DNA from: a virus
Length of the DNA: 62,611 bases
Virus record (IMG/VR): IMGVR_UViG_3300045747_000156
Location: 1-62,611 of that record
Reading direction: 5' to 3' (one strand)
Shown: in pieces, positions 1 to 7,390 of the stretch
How positions within the stretch are numbered: the stretch's first letter is position 1
How the letters are laid out: each line of letters opens with the position of its first letter
Program-made: the position numbers and the translations under genes
The notes under the pieces: generated by a model
What the model was told of the DNA's origin: nothing
Databases searched by the model: none
What the model saw: the letters and a program-made list of their open reading frames with translations, nothing else

Positions 1-127
1 GCAACACTCAAGGCTGCTGGAATGACAGTCATTGTTATTTCTGAATTAGCAACTACTGTTACAACAGGGTCAGCTAGTACGCTAGTACCACAGCTAAGAA
101 CTCTAATCAATGCAAACAGCATGGGGG
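1..127. repeat. Terminal direct repeat, copy A (identical to 62485-62611); circular-assembly overlap or terminal redundancy
   Basis: The string gcaacactcaaggctgctgg...caaacagcatggggg occurs at both window ends with no mismatch over 127 bp. Confidence 0.95.
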
Positions 128-276
128 CCGATGCTATTGTGGATGTGTCTGTGTATGCAGAAATATTAGCCGCATCAAATACAGCTTATTACCCTGATGG
201 ATTACATATGTCTGCTGGCATTCACAGTCTGATTGCTGGTGCTACTGGTGATGCGGTTACTAAGTTGCTTATATAA
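1..276 (+). CDS. 3' end of the junction-spanning SGNH-esterase tailspike 2 (continuation of 60991..62611; unique part 128..276)
   Basis: Base 1 equals base 62485, which is codon position 1 of the frame opened at 60991. Contains SGNH block V DGLHMSAGIH. Stop TAA at 274-276. Confidence 0.85.
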   Translation, partial: ATLKAAGMTVIVISELATTVTTGSASTLVPQLRTLINANSMGADAIVDVSVYAEILAASNTAYYPDGLHMSAGIHSLIAGATGDAVTKLLI

Positions 277-340
277 CCCCATTCACCCAGCCAAATAACT
301 AAACAGGCCAATACATGACCATTGTTTTAACCCCATCAGG
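277..340 (+). repeat. Conserved ~64-bp element directly after the tailspike 2 stop codon (copy of 38700-38764)
   Basis: ccccattcacccagccaaataactaaacaggccaatacatgaccattgttttaaccccatcagg differs from 38700-38764 by one indel and one mismatch. Internal direct repeat AACCCCAT. Confidence 0.9.
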
Positions 341-356
341 TATCTAAGGAGAAGCT

Positions 357-560
357 ATGTTAGAACTCTTACGCCAACGTCTCACATCAAAAACCTACTG
401 GGTAGCCATCATCGGGTCTCTGCTCACAATCATGGAACTAAATAGTGGGTTCATCGGTCAATTTATACCCGCGGAATATCGCAGTTGGGTGATTATGCTT
501 TGGCCTGTCATCATGCTCACACTCCGCGAAGTTACAACCACAGCCCTATCAGCAAAATGA
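357..560 (+). CDS. Putative holin (two predicted TM helices)
   Basis: 67 aa. Hydrophobic stretches WVAIIGSLLTIM and WVIMLWPVIMLTL. RBS aaggagaagct before the ATG. First gene of the lysis block. Confidence 0.6.
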   Translation: MLELLRQRLTSKTYWVAIIGSLLTIMELNSGFIGQFIPAEYRSWVIMLWPVIMLTLREVTTTALSAK

Positions 561-820
561 CAACTCCAGATTTTCAAACATTATTCAACGTAGCGCTTGG
601 TGTCATCAGTTTCCTGCTTGGTGTCATCGTGCAAACACTTCGCGAGAGCATGGCAAAGCTCCAGAAGGTGGATGCTGAACTTGCAGCTAAGGTCCAGGCC
701 ATCGAGCTGTTGGTTGCCGGCACCTACGTCAAACGCGATGACATGGATAAACTCGGCTCAGCCATATTTGCAAAGCTGGATCGCATAGAAAGCAAACTCG
801 ACAGCAAGGTGGACAAATGA
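557..820 (+). CDS. Membrane-anchored coiled-coil protein of the lysis cassette (holin/antiholin-like, function unknown)
   Basis: ATGA overlap with the previous stop. Starts MTTPDFQ; TM segment ALGVISFLLGVIV followed by a charged helical region. The upstream part of the track ORF (485-556) was discarded. Confidence 0.55.
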   Translation: MTTPDFQTLFNVALGVISFLLGVIVQTLRESMAKLQKVDAELAAKVQAIELLVAGTYVKRDDMDKLGSAIFAKLDRIESKLDSKVDK

Positions 821-1227
821 AACTCGAAGTCATACGCGATCAATGCCGCGCAAACTGCACCATCGGCAAACTACTCGTCAACGGCGAGTTCAACTGCTAC
901 ACCTTGGAAGACGTAGTCCGACCTGACGGTGTGAAGGTATACGGCGAAACAGCCATCCCAACAGGGACTTACGTTGTTGACATCACTTTCTCAAACCGCT
1001 TTCAACGTGATCTGCCTATTCTGCTCAGCGTGCCAAACTTTGAAAGCATCCGCATCCACCCAGGCAACACAGCGGCAGATACCCACGGATGCCTGTTGGT
1101 TGGCACAGCGGTGTCCGGCGACACAGTGATCCATAGCCGTGACGCGTTCAACCCGTTGTTCGACATGTTGGTAGTGGCACATGATCGCGGTGAGTTGGTC
1201 ACCATCACCTACCGCGAGGATCAGTAG
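817..1227 (+). CDS. DUF5675-like protein; candidate non-canonical endolysin
   Basis: Pattern TIGKLLVNGEFNCYTLED...GETAIPTGTY...IRIHPGNTAADTHGCLLVG recalls DUF5675 and the His...HGC motif of YkuD-type enzymes. Sits where an endolysin is expected, and no lysozyme or amidase is present elsewhere in the cassette. Confidence 0.45.
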   Translation: MKLEVIRDQCRANCTIGKLLVNGEFNCYTLEDVVRPDGVKVYGETAIPTGTYVVDITFSNRFQRDLPILLSVPNFESIRIHPGNTAADTHGCLLVGTAVSGDTVIHSRDAFNPLFDMLVVAHDRGELVTITYREDQ

Positions 1228-1635
1228 ATGAATACGAAAGCCTATCTCGTTGCTATTGTTGTCATCATCTGGAGCATGGTGATATTCAACAATGCCAAAG
1301 CTCAGACAACACCGATCGTGCTGAGTCCTTACAAGGATTACGCTATGACTGGTCAACCTCCAGCGCGCAATGCTGACGGGAGCATCAAGCGCGACCCCAA
1401 GGTGATCGCCGCATACCGAAAGTTGTATGCATGCCCAAGCACAGACAAGTTCACCGGGCCTTGTCCCGACTGGGCTCTTGACCATACTCGGCCCATCGAT
1501 TGCGGCGGTGTAGATGCTGTGTGGAACCTGACCTGGATGCACAACTCGATCAAATCGGCAAAGGGTCCATTCACCAAGGATCACTACGAGCGCCGCGTGT
1601 ATGGTGGTAAGGGCGTCAGCCCAGGGTGCCCATGA
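1228..1635 (+). CDS. Secreted or periplasmic His-Me finger (HNH-like) protein
   Basis: N-terminal signal-like sequence MNTKAYLVAIVVIIWSMVIFNNAKAQ. Motif LDHTRPIDCGGVDAVWNLTWMHNSIKSAK resembles the HNH core DH..P...GG.D..NL. Confidence 0.45.
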   Translation: MNTKAYLVAIVVIIWSMVIFNNAKAQTTPIVLSPYKDYAMTGQPPARNADGSIKRDPKVIAAYRKLYACPSTDKFTGPCPDWALDHTRPIDCGGVDAVWNLTWMHNSIKSAKGPFTKDHYERRVYGGKGVSPGCP

Positions 1636-1841
1636 GCAGCTTGAGGATTGACTTCGATCAACCAGAATTTACCGTGGCGCAGAAGGTGCTACTCCGAGAA
1701 CTTGCCGATCATCATGAACGGTACGAAGCGCTAGGACGTGACCTCGAAGCGCGTGGTGTCTACAAGTCCATTGTCACCGCATACCGCTTCTGGAAAGGCG
1801 GATTTGTGGATACTGAACCAACTAATTGGGGATCGCTATGA
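1632..1841 (+). CDS. Hypothetical protein (soluble, lysis-cassette embedded)
   Basis: ATG at 1632 overlaps the upstream TGA (ATGA). Open frame of 69 aa. Confidence 0.55.
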   Translation: MSSLRIDFDQPEFTVAQKVLLRELADHHERYEALGRDLEARGVYKSIVTAYRFWKGGFVDTEPTNWGSL

Positions 1842-2149
1842 CCAAATCTCAAATTGAACTTATTTTCCTGACTGTAGCCGCAACGTTGTTTGTGGCGATG
1901 ATTTTACGTTGGCATCTATCAAAAGACTCCAATTTAGATCTTCAATACCTGTTCATTGATACAGAGACAAAGATGTTCTCTATCTTCAAGTTTGGTCAGG
2001 TGGTGGCTCTGTTTGTCAGCACATGGGTGCTGATCCGCGAGACAAGCCACGACCGCCTTGGAGAGTGGCTATTCACCGCCTACATGCTTGCTTGGGGTGG
2101 TGCAAACATTGCCAACCGCATCATCAGCAAACCTTCGGAGCCTAAATGA
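1838..2149 (+). CDS. Multi-pass membrane protein (holin-like, about 3 TM)
   Basis: ATGA overlap at 1838. Hydrophobic segments IELIFLTVAATLFVAMIL, FGQVVALFVSTWVLI and WLFTAYMLAWGGANI. Confidence 0.55.
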   Translation: MTKSQIELIFLTVAATLFVAMILRWHLSKDSNLDLQYLFIDTETKMFSIFKFGQVVALFVSTWVLIRETSHDRLGEWLFTAYMLAWGGANIANRIISKPSEPK

Positions 2150-2493
2150 ACCAATACCTCATCATAGCTGCGCTCCTTGCCATCATGGGCGCGGGGGCTG
2201 GGGGCTTCAAACTTGGCGTTGACCACGAGAAGGCAGGTCAAGTATCTAAGCAGGAGGCCGTGGCCGAAGCTGTCGATGCCGCCAACAACGTGTGGGCAGA
2301 CAAGGTGGCAAGTCTTAAGCCAACGTATACAACAATACAAAATAAGGTGCAACATGAAGTCGAAACTCACACTGTCTACACTGATTGCAAGTTGTCTCCT
2401 GACGGCCTGCTCTTGGCCAATCAAGCCCTCGCCGGTGGAGCCAAGCCCGTTGATCAAAGCAAATTGCCCTCTCCTGACGCCGCTGGAAAGTGA
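2146..2493 (+). CDS. i-spanin (Rz-like)
   Basis: N-terminal TM LIIAALLAIMGAGAGGF followed by a periplasmic helical domain. ATGA overlap with the upstream gene. An o-spanin is embedded or overlapping in the +1 frame. Confidence 0.75.
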   Translation: MNQYLIIAALLAIMGAGAGGFKLGVDHEKAGQVSKQEAVAEAVDAANNVWADKVASLKPTYTTIQNKVQHEVETHTVYTDCKLSPDGLLLANQALAGGAKPVDQSKLPSPDAAGK

Positions 2494-2575
2494 TACGTTT
2501 GGGTCTGTGGTGTCAAAGCTTACAGAGGTCTCAGGCATTTACTACACGTGCAGAGCGTCTGCCGGAGTAAAATAG
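2354..2575 (+). CDS. o-spanin (Rz1-like outer-membrane lipoprotein), overlapping the i-spanin
   Basis: Internal Met of track ORF 2177..2575. MKSKLTLSTLIASCLLTAC carries lipobox LLTAC; the mature part is Pro-rich. Overlaps the 3' half of the i-spanin gene and extends beyond it. Confidence 0.75.
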   Translation: MKSKLTLSTLIASCLLTACSWPIKPSPVEPSPLIKANCPLLTPLESDTFGSVVSKLTEVSGIYYTCRASAGVK

Positions 2576-2594
2576 CCACACAACGGAGGCTACT

Positions 2595-3236
2595 ATGTCT
2601 GCTACCATCACCTACTCAGTCCTGCTAGATCAGATACCAGGATATTGCGAGCGCTCATCAGATACCAGGCTCATAGATCAGCTGCCAACTCTGATCATGT
2701 TGGCGGAGAACCGCTTGGCAACAGACATGAAGCAGCAGGGCTTCCAATCTGTTGTCAGTGGCACGTTCACAGTCGGCGCGGCTGGTGCTGTCATCGCTAA
2801 GCCAGCGTTCTGGCGCGAGACCATCAGCTTTAACTTCAAAGACCCTACGGTAGGTTGGTTGCCTATGCGGTTGAGGGCACTTGAGTACCTTAAGAACTTC
2901 TGGCCTCTGCAATCAGCCACTCAGCCACCGCGCTTTTACGCCGACTACAATTTCACAAATTTCTTGGTGGCGCCTTCACCAGACCAAGCCTACGACTTTG
3001 AGCTGGCTTACTACGCACGTTTGGATCCCCTGGGTCCTGACAACCAAACCAACTGGCTCACTGTGAATGCTCCACAGTGCCTACTGTATGCATGCCTTCT
3101 AGAAGCTCAGTTGTGGTTGAAGAACGAGGCCAAGGCCGCATTCTGGAAAGCCCAGTACGATGATCAAAAGGGTGGTCTCATGCAAGAAACTGCTGAGCGC
3201 TTGGGCGATCGCAGCGAAGTTGTGACGAGGGGCTAA
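2595..3236 (+). CDS. Virion structural protein (possible adaptor / tail tubular A-like, by position only)
   Basis: 213 aa with RBS ggaggctact before the ATG. Followed with a 1-nt gap by a 656-aa protein, like the gp11/gp12 pair of podoviruses. No motif-level support. Confidence 0.4.
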   Translation: MSATITYSVLLDQIPGYCERSSDTRLIDQLPTLIMLAENRLATDMKQQGFQSVVSGTFTVGAAGAVIAKPAFWRETISFNFKDPTVGWLPMRLRALEYLKNFWPLQSATQPPRFYADYNFTNFLVAPSPDQAYDFELAYYARLDPLGPDNQTNWLTVNAPQCLLYACLLEAQLWLKNEAKAAFWKAQYDDQKGGLMQETAERLGDRSEVVTRG

Positions 3237-3237
3237 G

Positions 3238-5208
3238 ATGCCAGATCCTATATTCACGCTGAAGTCTCAACCAGGCGTTCGTCGAGACGGCACTGAGCTT
3301 GACTCCCCGTTTTATTCTAATGTTGTGTGGACTAGGTTCCAGCGCCAGAAACCACGTAAAATTGGTGGGTACTCACGCCTGTCTGGCCAGTTGAATGCCC
3401 CGATCAGGTCTGTGTTTGTAGACGCCCGCAACGGTCTTACAACAGCGCACTACTTTGGTAAGTGGGGTGTTCAACGTCAGCTGCTATCAGACCTTTCTGC
3501 AACAGGCTTGGTTGATCGTACTCCGGTGGATTTTGTAGTCAACGACAACTATACGTGGTCTCACTCCACCATGTACTCCTCAACCGGAGGTGCCTACGCC
3601 GCTATTATTGCAGCATCAACACCAGACCTTTTGGACATCACAAATGACGTAGGTGGCAATGTTTATTCTGGAGACGTTTCTGGAACTGCTCCTCTATCCA
3701 AAGTCAGCGATGGCTCCGGACCCATCTTGACATCCGGCGGTGTGTGCGTACTGCAACCGTTTCTAGTTGTGTACGGCAGCAACGGTCTCATCAGCAACTC
3801 CAATGCAAATGACTTCTCAGCAGGTTCTGGCTGGACTACCGGCACAGGGTACGCAAACAGTGCAAATCCAGCAGGCACAAAAATTGTGTACGGGGCTCCG
3901 ATCCGTGGCGGTGGTCAGTCTCCCGCCGGGCTGTTCTGGGCTTTAGACTCCGTAATCAGGATGTCTTTTGTTGGCGGAACTCGCTTGTTTAGCTACGACA
4001 CATTGTCAAACCCTACATCCATCATGGGTAAGAAGACTGTGGTGGAACATGATGGCAAATTCTTCTGGATTGGCACCGACCGCTTCCTGTTTTACAACGG
4101 TATTGTGCAGGAACTTCCCAACCAAATGAACTGCAATGATTTCTTTGAAAACCTGAATTACGCCCACCGCAATAAGGTTTGGGGAACGTGCGTTGCAAGG
4201 TTTGGAGAAATCTGGTGGTTCTACCCTCGTGGCTCAGATACTGAGTGCCACGATGCCATCATCTTTAATTATGCTGAAAACACGTGGTATGAGGCCAAAT
4301 CAAGTCGCAGCGCCGGGCACACGGTCCAGCTGTATCCAAAACCAGTTTGGGTTGGAGATGAGGACTCTCAGTCTACCATCGCGATCCCAGTAGGATTCTC
4401 TACGCCGACAGTGATTGACAGCGGTGCTACTGATAACAAGTTAACATTTGCATCCACAACGTCTCCAGACACCTTTGTCATCGGATACACGGTCAGCGGC
4501 CATCCTAACATTCCACCAAACTGTGTCATCACGTCTTTGACTGGGACTCAAGCGTTTATCTCCCCGAGCACTACTGGCGTTGTTCCAAGCGGTACGTACG
4601 TAACTCTTAGTGCGACAACAACTGGGTTTGTCACCGGTCAAGTTCTCACTGGAGCGTTCTCAGGAGCGAACGGGACTGTTGTAAGGGCCACCGAGAAATC
4701 CATAAACCTGGTCGATGTCAGCGGAGCATTTGTCCCATTTGAAACTCTGACAGGCGGTTCAGGTGCATCGTCCAGAGCCTTAGCCGCAACCTACTCACAG
4801 ACTTTGTCAGGTGTTTATGCTCATGAGACTGGATGGGACAAAGTGGTTGGCCAAGACGTGACAGCCATACCAGCTAGCTTCAAGACATGCAATTTCGGTT
4901 TAGCAGTCGGCGGACCTTTTGACGATGCGCCACAAACCATTGACACGATGACAAGGTTGGTGAACCTCGAGCCAGATCTTGGCCAAATCGGTGACTTGAC
5001 GATGCGCGTCTATGGCAAGAGCTACGCCGCCCAACCGTATAAAGTGTTGTCCACAGACATTGTTACACCTGACACCGTGTTTGTGGCGCCTAGGGTTCAA
5101 GAGCGAATTCTCCAGATTGAATTCGAGTCGAATACCGTGGGTGGATTCTTTCAGCTTGGACAGACGCTGGTAGAGATTGAACCAGGCGATGAGCGTGGGA
5201 ACACGTAA
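3238..5208 (+). CDS. Large virion structural protein (possible nozzle / tail tubular B-like)
   Basis: 656-aa uninterrupted ORF in the late arm, tightly packed with its neighbours. Function inferred from size and position only. Confidence 0.4.
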   Translation: MPDPIFTLKSQPGVRRDGTELDSPFYSNVVWTRFQRQKPRKIGGYSRLSGQLNAPIRSVFVDARNGLTTAHYFGKWGVQRQLLSDLSATGLVDRTPVDFVVNDNYTWSHSTMYSSTGGAYAAIIAASTPDLLDITNDVGGNVYSGDVSGTAPLSKVSDGSGPILTSGGVCVLQPFLVVYGSNGLISNSNANDFSAGSGWTTGTGYANSANPAGTKIVYGAPIRGGGQSPAGLFWALDSVIRMSFVGGTRLFSYDTLSNPTSIMGKKTVVEHDGKFFWIGTDRFLFYNGIVQELPNQMNCNDFFENLNYAHRNKVWGTCVARFGEIWWFYPRGSDTECHDAIIFNYAENTWYEAKSSRSAGHTVQLYPKPVWVGDEDSQSTIAIPVGFSTPTVIDSGATDNKLTFASTTSPDTFVIGYTVSGHPNIPPNCVITSLTGTQAFISPSTTGVVPSGTYVTLSATTTGFVTGQVLTGAFSGANGTVVRATEKSINLVDVSGAFVPFETLTGGSGASSRALAATYSQTLSGVYAHETGWDKVVGQDVTAIPASFKTCNFGLAVGGPFDDAPQTIDTMTRLVNLEPDLGQIGDLTMRVYGKSYAAQPYKVLSTDIVTPDTVFVAPRVQERILQIEFESNTVGGFFQLGQTLVEIEPGDERGNT

Positions 5209-5450
5209 TGGCCCTCCCAAACTTTGTGAGCTTGCCCACTCCGGACATGCTAAAATTCAACGAGTGGGCGCAAATTGCTGTAGAGCAGTTGGTCGATTAC
5301 GGACTCCCAAACCCTCCCGACGAAAGTATGTGGCAATCCTGGGCCACCAGTTTTACAGATGGAACCATGCCTGGTTATCCAGCTCCAAGTCCGATAGGAT
5401 TTAGTTGCTGGCAAGATTGGGCACACGCCGTTATAGGCACAATTTCGTGA
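5208..5450 (+). CDS. Hypothetical small virion-module protein
   Basis: 80 aa. TAATG overlap with the upstream stop. Confidence 0.5.
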   Translation: MALPNFVSLPTPDMLKFNEWAQIAVEQLVDYGLPNPPDESMWQSWATSFTDGTMPGYPAPSPIGFSCWQDWAHAVIGTIS

Positions 5451-5458
5451 GGTAGAGA

Positions 5459-6397
5459 ATGGCAGCAGTATACGACAACGACGGCAATTACCTGTACGAC
5501 GATTCAATCTTTGATTCGGGCGGCACAGGTGGTGCAATGCAAGGTGATTCACTTGCGGGCATTTATGGAGCAGACCCAACAGCCACGATGGATGGCATGA
5601 CATGGGACCAAGCGCAGGCGTTTGGTTCTGGAAGTCAGGGTGCTCTTTCTGGAGCCGCTTTTGGAGATACGGCACCAACCCCCGCAGCTTTTGGCGGTGA
5701 TGGTAGCGGCGAGGGCAATGCCGCGTATGTGGATCCAAAGACGGGTAAACCACAGACAGGTACGTCTGATCAAGGCGTCTTCACAAAGATTCTGCAGGGT
5801 GCGCGGCTTGCTGATAAAGAAGGCAATATCAACTACTCTGATCCAAAGGTCATGGACCAGATCATGAAGATGGTGGGTGTTGGCGGCAACATTATCGGGA
5901 CACTCATGGGTCCACAGAACAAGAAAACGCCTCAGGAAATGCAGGCTCAGTTCAAAGGACCATTTGATAACTTCAATCCCACTGCACAAGCGGCAGCCAA
6001 TAAGTATTTCAACACTCCACTTCAGCGGCGAGGCCAACAAGCCGCTAGCAGCATGCAGTCTCCTCTAGTGTCTGGACGACGCTATGCAAAAGGTGGCGAT
6101 GTAGAAGGCATAGATGTTGACGACAACAACCCAACCTTTCACAGTCAAGGTGCTTTGAGCTTGGTGCAAGGTCCTGGCGGCGGACAAGACGATTTGATTC
6201 CAGCGCGACTAGGCCGCGGCGAATACGTGTTTGACGCCGACGCGGTGGCTTCATTGGGTGACGGCTCCAACGAGCGAGGTGCTGAGTTGCTTGACAAGTG
6301 GCGCGAAGAACTTCGTAAACATAAGCGGTCTGCTCCCCCATCGAAGATCCCTCCAAAGTCCAAGGCACCAGCTGCCTACATGAAGGGTGGTAAGTAA
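5459..6397 (+). CDS. Putative internal virion / ejection protein with two x-K-G-G motifs
   Basis: 312 aa. Low-complexity Gly/Ala N-terminal half; RRYAKGGDVEG and C-terminal AAYMKGGK; GGGQDDLIPARLGRGEYVFDADAV block. Confidence 0.5.
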   Translation: MAAVYDNDGNYLYDDSIFDSGGTGGAMQGDSLAGIYGADPTATMDGMTWDQAQAFGSGSQGALSGAAFGDTAPTPAAFGGDGSGEGNAAYVDPKTGKPQTGTSDQGVFTKILQGARLADKEGNINYSDPKVMDQIMKMVGVGGNIIGTLMGPQNKKTPQEMQAQFKGPFDNFNPTAQAAANKYFNTPLQRRGQQAASSMQSPLVSGRRYAKGGDVEGIDVDDNNPTFHSQGALSLVQGPGGGQDDLIPARLGRGEYVFDADAVASLGDGSNERGAELLDKWREELRKHKRSAPPSKIPPKSKAPAAYMKGGK

Positions 6398-7386
6398 TGG
6401 CCGATCTTAGTTATCTTTTCGGAGGCAGCCAGCCAAACGCGGTCGATACTACCACAGCCGCTACTAACGGGATGCCTGCGTGGTACCAGCAGTATCTTAG
6501 CGGCATTGCAGGTAAGGCGACAGAGGTTGCCGGCGGTCAAGCAAACATGGACGTGCCAGCTCAGTCAGTGGCTGGGTTCAACCAAGATCAAACAGATGCG
6601 TTCCAGAAGGTGCGCGACAACCAAGGGTCTTGGCAACCTAATCTCCAGGCTGCTACATCAACAGCAGGAAATATTGCTGGTAATGCTGGAGCCTTAGTTG
6701 ACAAGGCCCAGACTGCGGTGGCGGGCCCTGCACAATCGTGGGATAATGCTCAAGCCACCAAGTACATGAGTCCCTACACGACTCAGGTGCTGGACAACAT
6801 CCAACGCCTAGGTGTTCGTAATCTTAACGAAAACCTGCTTCCAGCTGTTCAAGACCAATTCATTGGATCAGGACAGTTTGGGTCTACGCGCAATGCTGAC
6901 ATCCTAGGTCGCACAGTGCGTGATGCTAACACTGATATCACAGGACAGATGACTGGTGCGCTCAACAGCGCTTACACCAATGCTCAAACGGCGTTCACTT
7001 CTGACGCTAACCGAGCTCAGACTCAGCAGCAGACCCAGGCCAACACGGCACTTCAGGGTGCAAACGCTTCTACAACAGCCGGACAGGCTGGTGCAACTGC
7101 TCTAGGTGCTCTTGGACAAACAACTCAGCAGCTTGGCCTGAATGATACTCAGCAGTTGAATGCAGTTGGCACGCAGCAGCAAGGTCTGCAGCAGCAAGGT
7201 CTTGATACCGCGTACACCAACGCAAACAACGTCAACAACTTTGATTGGAACACACTGAACAACCTCAACTCAGTTGTTCGCGGTCTCCAATTGCCCACCA
7301 ATGCTGTTCAGACTACGAATGCCCCTGGTAACACAGGCGCCTCTCCTCTGAGCCAGGTTGGTGCATTATCAACCATCATTAAGTAA
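6397..7386 (+). CDS. Gln/Asn/Thr-rich putative internal virion protein
   Basis: 329 aa. TAATG overlap. Composition is strongly Q/N/T/A-rich (TQQQTQANTALQGANASTT...). Confidence 0.45.
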   Translation: MADLSYLFGGSQPNAVDTTTAATNGMPAWYQQYLSGIAGKATEVAGGQANMDVPAQSVAGFNQDQTDAFQKVRDNQGSWQPNLQAATSTAGNIAGNAGALVDKAQTAVAGPAQSWDNAQATKYMSPYTTQVLDNIQRLGVRNLNENLLPAVQDQFIGSGQFGSTRNADILGRTVRDANTDITGQMTGALNSAYTNAQTAFTSDANRAQTQQQTQANTALQGANASTTAGQAGATALGALGQTTQQLGLNDTQQLNAVGTQQQGLQQQGLDTAYTNANNVNNFDWNTLNNLNSVVRGLQLPTNAVQTTNAPGNTGASPLSQVGALSTIIK

Positions 7387-7390
7387 CACC

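Noticed and set aside
2177-2353. Upstream part of track ORF 2177..2575
   Set aside because: Only the segment from Met 2354 has the signal peptide and lipobox expected of an o-spanin. The upstream 59 codons are an Arg/Pro-rich read-through within the i-spanin gene.
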